Source: a virus
Taxonomy: Duplodnaviria > Caudoviricetes
Reading direction: 5' to 3' (one strand)
DNA length: 31,287 nucleotides
IMG/VR virus record: IMGVR_UViG_3300037634_004407
Coordinates: 1 to 31,287 of that record
Shown: positions 24,756 to 31,287 of the stretch, in pieces
Numbering within the stretch: the stretch's first letter is position 1
Layout of the letters: the number at the start of each line of letters is the position of its first letter
Made by a program: the position numbers and the translations under genes
Notes under the pieces: generated by a model
Told to the model about the DNA's origin: nothing
What the model saw: only the letters and a program-made list of their open reading frames with translations
The model's database searches: none

Positions 24756-26932
24756 AATATAAATACATCAAAAATCTTAGAGCTAAAGCCTGCACGGAGT
24801 GTGATGACATGTCACAAATCTCGGCAGACCCCAAACCGAAATTCAAATCTAAGGCGTTCTTCAGAGAGTGGTGTGCTAAAAAAACTACGAAACATGTGTT
24901 CTTTAGTCTGGCAGAAGGGCGGAATCCCCGTGCACGTATAGAGGGGGAGAATAAAGTATCCAAAATATACGGGATCAATGCCGACTTTGACGCCCCAGTA
25001 GACTGGTTGAATGTGGATGATATCATCGCGGCTAAGTCGGTCAAATGTATGCCCTCCTTCAGATCGAAGACGAACAGCGGTTACATCCGATTGGCCTACG
25101 AATTTGAAGAATGCGCGTCGATTCACCACACGCTGTATGCTCAATTCATGAAGGAGCTAAAAAGCATACTTCAATTTGATAAAGTTTTTGCGGGTTACGA
25201 TACGAAATCAGAGAATGCCTCCCAGTATTTTGAACTGGGAGAAGACTGGGTGAAGTTAGGGGGTAAGGTTCCCAGTGCGATAGTTCAGACGGCTATCTTC
25301 AAAGCAGCTAAAGCAAAGCCCCCTCAGTCTTCGGACACCTCTATACCCATGGAAGTCATAGCGACTGAAGTGGAGAAGAGATTCCCCAACAGGTGGGTGG
25401 GTGATTTCGAGCTAGGCTCAAGGGGGCCGCTGTTTTGGATAGATGATGGGATCGATCGTGAGGGTTGTAAGGTTTACGAAGATGGCATGGTTGTCTACTC
25501 GGACAGGGACTACGGATGGAAAACTTGGAGAGATATCTTTGGGCCAGACTTCGTTAAGGAATATGAACAACAGAAGATGGGTGACCTGCTGGACGAATAC
25601 TGGTTCAATGGGAAACAATTCTTCAAACTACTACATGGGACTTCGAAGCCTATCCCCCGAGACCAACTAGTTCTAGAACTCCGTCAGCGGGGATTCAGGT
25701 TTAAACCAAGAAAAGGGGAAAATATCTCAGAAGTAGAAAATTCCATCCTCGTTATCAGTAATCAAAACAGGATAGACGAAATTGCCCCCGTAGTTTTTAG
25801 GAGGCACAAAAGGGTTGTGAGCTTTAATGGGTTGAGGATTTTAAACTCCGCCACAGTAGAGCCCATAAACCCTGCCGAAGATGGGGACTTTTCAAACTGG
25901 CCTTTTCTCCGAGAGTTCTTTGACCAATTCTTTGAAGACTCGACCAATGTAAAAACGAAATACTACTTCTTCGCATGGTTCCAAAGATTCTATAAAGCTT
26001 TCCTGAATAACAAAGAAGATCAGGGGCAAGCCTGTATATTGGTAGGTCCAGCAAAGAGGGGCAAAACATTACTATCCAACAAAATAATCGCTGCGGCAGT
26101 AGGGGGTTATGCCGACGCTAGTGATTACCTGTCTGGGGGGACTAAGTTTAATAAGGATTTGGGGCGTGCCGCCGCTTGGGTTATCGATGACACAGTTAGT
26201 GCGGCCTCTTTCCAAGACCAGAGGAAGGCGACGGAACTAATTAAGCGGGGAGTCGCCAACCCTAAGATCCAGTTCATGGCGAAGTATGCTGATGCCGTTA
26301 CCCTCCCGTGGGCGGGGCGCATCATCGTAAGTCTGAATGATGACGCTAATAGCATGAGTGTTATCCCGACTCTCGATTCAAGCAACAAGGATAAAATCAT
26401 GGCCTTTAAAGTCTGCAGTGAACCCTTCCACTTCCCCAACAAGGAAACCCTAGAGGAAACCATCACAAGGGAGTTGCCCCACTTCTTAAAATGGCTGCAT
26501 GATTGGAAACCCCCGTCAGAAGTATTAGATGATGATAGGTTTGGAGTGGTAAGCTTCATCGATAAAAGTATCGCTTACGCCGCTTATGACAATTCCAGTA
26601 GGTCTCAGGTAGCGGAACTCGTGGACTTCTTCGCCAAAGCTTGTAGGACACAAAATTCTGAACTGAGGCAATGGAGGGGAACCATAACCGAGTTCCAAGT
26701 AGCCATACATGCATACAACAATGGGCGGTCTCTGGGCGCTTCAAACAAACTAGAATTTGTGAGGAACGGACTATCGCACCTAGAAGATGCGGGGAGATCA
26801 AACACTGGAATCCGCCCCATTAGATCCATCGGGAAGGGTAGCGGTAAGGTGTGGATAATCGATGTTAGCCCTCCCTATGATATCGACCACGAGGACATCA
26901 AAGAGAGCTTGCAGGCCGCAGGGCTGAAATAG
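24752..26932 (+). CDS. primase-helicase (AEP-like N-terminus, SF3/D5-like P-loop C-terminus)
   Basis: N-terminal ADFD and TNSGYIR motifs, Walker A GPAKRGKT, Walker B WVIDD, sensor SLN. ATGA overlap with polA. Confidence 0.75.
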   Translation: MKYKYIKNLRAKACTECDDMSQISADPKPKFKSKAFFREWCAKKTTKHVFFSLAEGRNPRARIEGENKVSKIYGINADFDAPVDWLNVDDIIAAKSVKCMPSFRSKTNSGYIRLAYEFEECASIHHTLYAQFMKELKSILQFDKVFAGYDTKSENASQYFELGEDWVKLGGKVPSAIVQTAIFKAAKAKPPQSSDTSIPMEVIATEVEKRFPNRWVGDFELGSRGPLFWIDDGIDREGCKVYEDGMVVYSDRDYGWKTWRDIFGPDFVKEYEQQKMGDLLDEYWFNGKQFFKLLHGTSKPIPRDQLVLELRQRGFRFKPRKGENISEVENSILVISNQNRIDEIAPVVFRRHKRVVSFNGLRILNSATVEPINPAEDGDFSNWPFLREFFDQFFEDSTNVKTKYYFFAWFQRFYKAFLNNKEDQGQACILVGPAKRGKTLLSNKIIAAAVGGYADASDYLSGGTKFNKDLGRAAAWVIDDTVSAASFQDQRKATELIKRGVANPKIQFMAKYADAVTLPWAGRIIVSLNDDANSMSVIPTLDSSNKDKIMAFKVCSEPFHFPNKETLEETITRELPHFLKWLHDWKPPSEVLDDDRFGVVSFIDKSIAYAAYDNSSRSQVAELVDFFAKACRTQNSELRQWRGTITEFQVAIHAYNNGRSLGASNKLEFVRNGLSHLEDAGRSNTGIRPIRSIGKGSGKVWIIDVSPPYDIDHEDIKESLQAAGLK

Positions 26933-27431
26933 GTAAGTGGTAACCGTCTACTTTGTAAGTAAACCCATAATCATCTGGGTCACCACGCCGCTTGTATTCA
27001 CCATGCTTCTGTATCTTGGACCCTGTAGCCCACCCCAGTAACCATGCTCTGGTGAAGTCCTTCCGAACGCGGACAAAAAAGTAGGCTCGTGCTGGGAGTT
27101 TCTTCCCCTCACTACAATTAACAGACGCTGTGTAATGGGGCTGGGGTTTACCCGCACAACTCTTGGATTTAACATCTATGGTGCGATTGCCTATTTCGTA
27201 GTCGTGGGTATATATCTTGTCCCCCACATAACTGGCTTCAGGATACAGGGTCTCGAAAGCAACTTCCCCAAGGAACCCCGTCATTCTCCCCGCCCCGCGA
27301 GTAAAAGAATTAGGTAAGACACCTAAGTTTTCGCTCCGTTCAAACGCAGTTTTTATGTTGTCACTATTAGGTGTGAACAACAACATTCCCTTAGTCCGAG
27401 AAAACTGTGGGGGCAATTTCTTCCGGCTCAT
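26898..27431 (-). CDS. PD-(D/E)XK restriction-endonuclease-fold protein
   Basis: GFLGEVAF...HD...IDVKSK...YFFVRV...WLLGW. Confidence 0.65.
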   Translation of the reverse strand: MSRKKLPPQFSRTKGMLLFTPNSDNIKTAFERSENLGVLPNSFTRGAGRMTGFLGEVAFETLYPEASYVGDKIYTHDYEIGNRTIDVKSKSCAGKPQPHYTASVNCSEGKKLPARAYFFVRVRKDFTRAWLLGWATGSKIQKHGEYKRRGDPDDYGFTYKVDGYHLPISALRPASSL

Positions 27432-27727
27432 CCCTTACCTAGTCGTTTTAATAAACGCTCGTAGGCGGGAAAGAAGATTTCATCCATGCAGCGCACCACG
27501 GCCTCTTGCTCATAGGTCTCGCAAAAACCGACACCCGATATGCAGAGGCTAGCCTCCAGCAACTCGTGCCGTAGTGTTTTTAACAATGCCCCATCATCCA
27601 AACTATCGGACAATATGATACGCTTCCGTTCATGGCTGTAATACCCATAGAGATCCTCATCGCTGAGATTCTCTTGAGTTATCTTAACAGTCTGACCTGC
27701 GATGCGTATCGTTTTGGGGATGCTCAT
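27428..27727 (-). CDS. small zincin-fold (ImmA/IrrE-like) protein with HExxE variant
   Basis: YGYYS...RIIL...TLRHELLEA...EQEAVV. Confidence 0.55.
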   Translation of the reverse strand: MSIPKTIRIAGQTVKITQENLSDEDLYGYYSHERKRIILSDSLDDGALLKTLRHELLEASLCISGVGFCETYEQEAVVRCMDEIFFPAYERLLKRLGKG

Positions 27728-28272
27728 GCGCCATAAAAATTGTTTATCCCCCGCGCATATACCGCTGCTAGCTTGCCCACATCAGCCTGAATGAGGCTAA
27801 CGTCGGAGTAACTGGACCCAAAGAAGGGCTCGGCTATGCAGGCGTAACAGGGCGTTGATCTCAAAAAAAGCGCCCCCCGTTGACCTTTACCACGAGGCTT
27901 AACTCCACGAGAAGCTAACTCAGGGTAGGCCGCATCCATCTCTTCTTTTAATTTCGTAGCAAGGCGCTTCCCCCCGCAACTAGATTCCCAGTGCAGCCAC
28001 TCATGCCCAGTTGCTTTCGGGGAGGCGGCATTAAAGTGGAGTTCTATACACGCGTCTACTTTGTCCTCCCGCATTTTATTGGACAGGAAAGTCATTGCCC
28101 CCACATAGCTAGAGGCTTTGTAATCGTCGTATATCCTATAGGGGACTTTAAGGAGGGGTGTGATGAGGGGCAGGAGGTTTGTATTAAAACCATATTCACT
28201 AACACTATCGGGACCGACGGTATAAGCACCGCTGTCCCCCCTTCTACTATGCCCCACTGCTAGACCGATCAT
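27724..28272 (-). CDS. endolysin, N-acetylmuramoyl-L-alanine amidase (Amidase_3)
   Basis: Zn ligands and catalytic residues: VGHS, SEYGFN, ELHFNA, IAEPFF. Confidence 0.9.
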   Translation of the reverse strand: MIGLAVGHSRRGDSGAYTVGPDSVSEYGFNTNLLPLITPLLKVPYRIYDDYKASSYVGAMTFLSNKMREDKVDACIELHFNAASPKATGHEWLHWESSCGGKRLATKLKEEMDAAYPELASRGVKPRGKGQRGALFLRSTPCYACIAEPFFGSSYSDVSLIQADVGKLAAVYARGINNFYGA

Positions 28273-28637
28273 TTCTTTTTATCCTGTAGGTAGTATCTCC
28301 CGTCATCTCTTTTTACGAACTCCCTACCTTGTGACGCTTCATATTCAATGGCTTCTTGAATCGAAGGGTGTTTCATCCCCTTTAAAAGCATCTTCGTTCG
28401 AGGGTCAATACTACCCTTGTGTTTAGCCCACTCATTTTCTTCAGGATGCCACACCCACGCCTCAAATGCTCCGTCATTAAACTCGTCAGGAACTGGCCCT
28501 GCGGGTTTTGTCATTGGTCTGGGCATCGTTAGAGGCATTAGCTCTGCAAGCTCTGCCCCCGTAGCTTCGTCATACCCATCTGACTCGGGATCAAACGCTA
28601 ACCTCTTCTCGACTCTTTCTGTAAATGATTCAGGCAC
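28269..28637 (-). CDS. hypothetical protein (122 aa)
   Basis: GTG start 6 nt after the previous stop and ATGA overlap with the amidase. Contains HKGSIDP...LKGMKHPS...DGRYY. Confidence 0.65.
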   Translation of the reverse strand: MPESFTERVEKRLAFDPESDGYDEATGAELAELMPLTMPRPMTKPAGPVPDEFNDGAFEAWVWHPEENEWAKHKGSIDPRTKMLLKGMKHPSIQEAIEYEASQGREFVKRDDGRYYLQDKKK

Positions 28638-28643
28638 GATTCG

Positions 28644-28826
28644 TTATTTCTTTTTCCTGTACTTAAAAAGTAAACGGTAAAGAGACACAACGGCCACCGC
28701 GATACCGAGGACAAGAGACAATATACGAAGCCAATACTCCATCTGCTCTTGAAGGGACGCAGCCACAGCGATTGTGGGGGCCATCGTTCCTAAAAAGGTG
28801 TCTATTAGTTTAGATTGAAACATCAC
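28644..28826 (-). CDS. small membrane protein, putative holin/antiholin
   Basis: Hydrophobic helix ILSLVLGIAVAVVSLY with a basic C-terminus KYRKKK, inside the lysis cluster. Confidence 0.55.
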   Translation of the reverse strand: MMFQSKLIDTFLGTMAPTIAVAASLQEQMEYWLRILSLVLGIAVAVVSLYRLLFKYRKKK

Positions 28827-29065
28827 TTATCCCCTACAATGAGTGCGCGGCGATATGAATAATCGCTATGAAACCTGTGATCCTTCCGCCCAACCAGTCT
28901 TCCCTCCTCAAACCAATACTCCGTCCCCCGAACTAACGTGATAGTCGGCGGATCATAGAGTGCGCTGTCGTTCGCGGTCGAGTCGTTTACCCAATCGGTC
29001 GATACGCAGCTTTGCAGAAGGAGTGCCAGCACGGGCAAGCTCATCAATTTCATCTTCAATTTCAT
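28823..29065 (-). CDS. lipoprotein, putative o-spanin (Rz1-like)
   Basis: Signal MKLMSLPVLALLLQS-C lipobox, overlapping the upstream ORF in a different frame. True start may be 29053 or 29044. Confidence 0.6.
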   Translation of the reverse strand: MKLKMKLMSLPVLALLLQSCVSTDWVNDSTANDSALYDPPTITLVRGTEYWFEEGRLVGRKDHRFHSDYSYRRALIVGDK

Positions 29066-29144
29066 CTATATAACGTGCGTTCTTCAACTTCATATACGCC
29101 ACGAAAGCTTCTAACGCGGCGGTTATTAAACGCAGGACGCGCAC
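28953..29144 (-). CDS. putative i-spanin (Rz-like)
   Basis: N-terminal apolar helix (VLRLITAALEAFVAYM) followed by a charged coiled coil. Its 3' part overlaps the lipoprotein gene. Confidence 0.45.
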   Translation of the reverse strand: MRVLRLITAALEAFVAYMKLKNARYIDEIEDEIDELARAGTPSAKLRIDRLGKRLDRERQRTL

Positions 29145-29146
29145 AA

Positions 29147-29335
29147 CTATTTGTCTTTAGCCTTTCCCACATTCAGGGCGAGCCACTCAACGAGGATGTA
29201 TAGCTTTCGGACAAGGCTGTCGTCTTTCGGGGTAGGGGTTAAAGCGCAAATAGCCGAAGCTACCGCAACTACGGATGTTATAACGGCGATGACACCATCG
29301 CGGTTCTCACTGAAGTATTGAATCATATCACTCAT
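29147..29335 (-). CDS. putative holin
   Basis: TM helix GVIAVITSVVAVASAICAL, then TPTPKDD, then a second apolar segment and KAKDK. First gene of the lysis cluster. Confidence 0.6.
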   Translation of the reverse strand: MSDMIQYFSENRDGVIAVITSVVAVASAICALTPTPKDDSLVRKLYILVEWLALNVGKAKDK

Positions 29336-29341
29336 AAGTTT

Positions 29342-30304
29342 TTATATTACATTTGGTATACGCGAACCCGTGCCAGTTGGGTCAAATTGTAGAGTGGGTT
29401 TGGCTCCCCCACGGTAGGCGTCCATCTCTTCCTCAAGGAGTTGTTTACATACTCCCCAATGGTAATTGGCTCTCTCTAGATCAGCATTATCTTCAGCAAC
29501 ACTCCCCAATAAGGCGTGCTTAACTGCGTTCATATTGCTTGGTCTAACTACGTCTGATGTGTTTATCAGCGGTTTAAATTTTCTTTTTACCAGAACCCTA
29601 AGAGTCTTTGAAACAGTATCGGAAGGATCATTCCCAAGACGGTAGCGGCGATAAAGGTTTACTTTATTCGCCTCTTGAACGGTCCCTAACTCAAGGGTGT
29701 CGGCGCTGTCTGCGGTGTTTATCGCAGTTATTAGAACGGGGGCGGACAAGGGGGAGTCCCCATTACGAATCTCCGTGATAGTTGAAAAGATAGTGGAGGA
29801 TGTAACAGTGGCGGATGCCGTGTCGAGGTTGGGCTCAAATGTCGCCATGACAGGAGTAGAAGCATTGTTCAGTCCTGTTACGGTGATGAAATTGTTGCTG
29901 GTTCGTGGTATTTGCGTTGCGGGGCTAATAGCACTAACTTCGATGTTGTAGGTTTTGGTGGCCTCTAGCTCATTCACAGTGGGCACAAGTCCATCATCGA
30001 TGATCCCGTAATTATAGAGGGTAGTCCCGTCCGTATTCCGCCCCGTTAAACGGTAGTCGTGGAATCGGGCGCGTGCTTTTGCGGGGTCATTATCAATTAG
30101 GACAGAAACAACAGCTTCCGCATCGTCCGGTAGGGTGAAATTACTATCCGTTGTAGAAATAGTAGTCTCGTATAAAAGATCTTTCCACATCCCCATCGCA
30201 AACAAGCGTGGGAGAATAAGGTTCAACTCCTGAATGAAGGAGGAACCTACAGTTTTATATTTCGAGAGAGCTTCTTCAACCCCCGCTACGGTTAGAGTAG
30301 CCAT
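29342..30304 (-). CDS. putative virion structural protein (head-tail adaptor/tail tubular-like)
   Basis: 320 aa with a helical N-terminus, beta-rich T/S-rich middle and helical C-terminus, which is the architecture of podovirus adaptor proteins. The call is architectural and positional only. Confidence 0.45.
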   Translation of the reverse strand: MATLTVAGVEEALSKYKTVGSSFIQELNLILPRLFAMGMWKDLLYETTISTTDSNFTLPDDAEAVVSVLIDNDPAKARARFHDYRLTGRNTDGTTLYNYGIIDDGLVPTVNELEATKTYNIEVSAISPATQIPRTSNNFITVTGLNNASTPVMATFEPNLDTASATVTSSTIFSTITEIRNGDSPLSAPVLITAINTADSADTLELGTVQEANKVNLYRRYRLGNDPSDTVSKTLRVLVKRKFKPLINTSDVVRPSNMNAVKHALLGSVAEDNADLERANYHWGVCKQLLEEEMDAYRGGAKPTLQFDPTGTGSRIPNVI

Positions 30305-30338
30305 AACTAATGTTAATAGCTAATAGGCCCGAGGTCAA
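30305..30338 (-). promoter_or_regulatory. sigma70-type promoter, probably leaderless
   Basis: Minus strand TTGACC (30338-30333), 17 nt, TAACAT (30315-30310), 5 nt, ATG (30304). Confidence 0.55.
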
Positions 30339-30373
30339 GATATCAACTTTTATCAAAGTCTTTTGATAGAGCG

Positions 30374-31285
30374 TTATTCTTCTGGTTCTGGGCACCCCTC
30401 TTCTGTTGGACATGCAACTACAGATAAACCACTGTCACCCATTTGTTCAGCAGGAGCAGTCAAGAATTTATGATCGGTCCCAGTTGCTTGGTAAACTGAG
30501 ACCGAACCAGCCGCGCCCGAAACAACTGTAAAATCTGTATGGGATACATTCGTAACAACACTAATGGGGCTTAACCCCGTAACAACAGAAGCTGAGGTTA
30601 AATCTTTAAGAACAGTTTGTGTGGTAGCTCCTGTAATACCTGTGGTCTGCTGCACATCGCAAAGGGCCGTTACAGTGGCGGGAGGGGTTCCACCAGAGCC
30701 CGCTTTTGCCTGCCCCAACACCCAGTAATAATCGGTAGCTACGACGGAGCCACTGTCTATCGTCTGACACATTAGTTCAATGTAGCTTAAATTTTTGTGG
30801 GCACCCCCTCTCCACATGGTTGCATCACTGGAACCATCCTTCCACCCGCTGACCGTATTCCCAGTAAGGGAGTCACTCGCCACGTTCCCCGTCACAGGAG
30901 TAGCACTCGCCGCACTCCCCGAAGAAACGGAAACCTCATTTACAACAGCAGTAGTGGTCGCAGAAGTAAGAACAGAAACTGGCGTTAACTCACGGTTTAC
31001 TAAGGTGTGGCAACTTAAATCAGATAAGCACCTAACTAAACCATCTTCAACGATCCCGACGCCATGCGTCCCTATCTTCCAATGCCTATTACACCCGTTA
31101 CCATAAATCTCAATCTCGTCCCCATTGGTCTCTACTTGGACTTGGGCCTCACCAGAAAAGGGTGCGGATAGTCCATCTTGCCCCTTCTCGATGAGCGTTC
31201 GTAGGTTCTTGAAGTCAGTCCCTATGGTGTAATCTTTGTATACCTTCTGCCCGTTACCCACATTGTAGAGAGCGTTATAACCTTT
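30374..31285 (-). CDS. 5'-truncated T/S/V/G-rich beta-structured protein, putative tail/fiber protein
   Basis: The frame stays open to the window edge (KGYNALYNVG...), so the track start at 31261 is not the true start. Low-charge, beta-strand-like composition. Confidence 0.55.
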   Translation of the reverse strand, partial: KGYNALYNVGNGQKVYKDYTIGTDFKNLRTLIEKGQDGLSAPFSGEAQVQVETNGDEIEIYGNGCNRHWKIGTHGVGIVEDGLVRCLSDLSCHTLVNRELTPVSVLTSATTTAVVNEVSVSSGSAASATPVTGNVASDSLTGNTVSGWKDGSSDATMWRGGAHKNLSYIELMCQTIDSGSVVATDYYWVLGQAKAGSGGTPPATVTALCDVQQTTGITGATTQTVLKDLTSASVVTGLSPISVVTNVSHTDFTVVSGAAGSVSVYQATGTDHKFLTAPAEQMGDSGLSVVACPTEEGCPEPEE

Positions 31286-31287
31286 GA

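Noticed and set aside
24977-24997. NADFDAP resembling the RNA polymerase NADFDGD motif
   Set aside because: The third Asp is missing, and the context (downstream P-loop helicase, next to polA) fits a primase DxD motif.
1-31287. Stop-codon reassignment, introns or inteins
   Set aside because: Coding density is near complete under the standard code, and terL, polA and the helicases are uninterrupted and of normal length.

Overview
This window is a 31.3-kb piece of a tailed dsDNA bacteriophage (or prophage) genome, probably podovirus-like. Its lysis genes point to a diderm host with peptidoglycan. There are four alternating transcription blocks. (1) Plus strand 1-3465: small ORFs behind a consensus sigma70 promoter, an SNF2-like SF2 helicase and a DUF1599/Nmad1-like protein. 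(2) Minus strand 19068-3462: terminase large subunit, two charged helical proteins and a 3987-aa giant protein. The giant protein looks like an ejected/internal virion 'polyvalent' protein carrying a HExxH zincin peptidase, a degenerate second zincin, a class I SAM methyltransferase and an HhH-GPD glycosylase-like domain. (3) Plus strand 19098-26932: HTH/TerS-like protein, RuvC-like resolvase, Cas4-like (DUF2800-type) exonuclease, SSB-like protein, family A DNA polymerase (Leu762 type) and primase-helicase. (4) Minus strand from the window end to 26898: structural proteins, a holin/spanin/amidase lysis cassette, a small zincin-like protein and a PD-(D/E)XK nuclease. Non-coding highlights are a hairpin plus (AAGAAAC)x4 leader before the SSB-like gene, a strongly structured ~150-nt element before the DNA polymerase, overlapping divergent promoters between terL and the terS-like gene, and several apparently leaderless promoters. 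No tRNA, rRNA, CRISPR array, integrase, portal or major capsid gene was recognised. All family calls come from reading motifs by eye, with no database searches.
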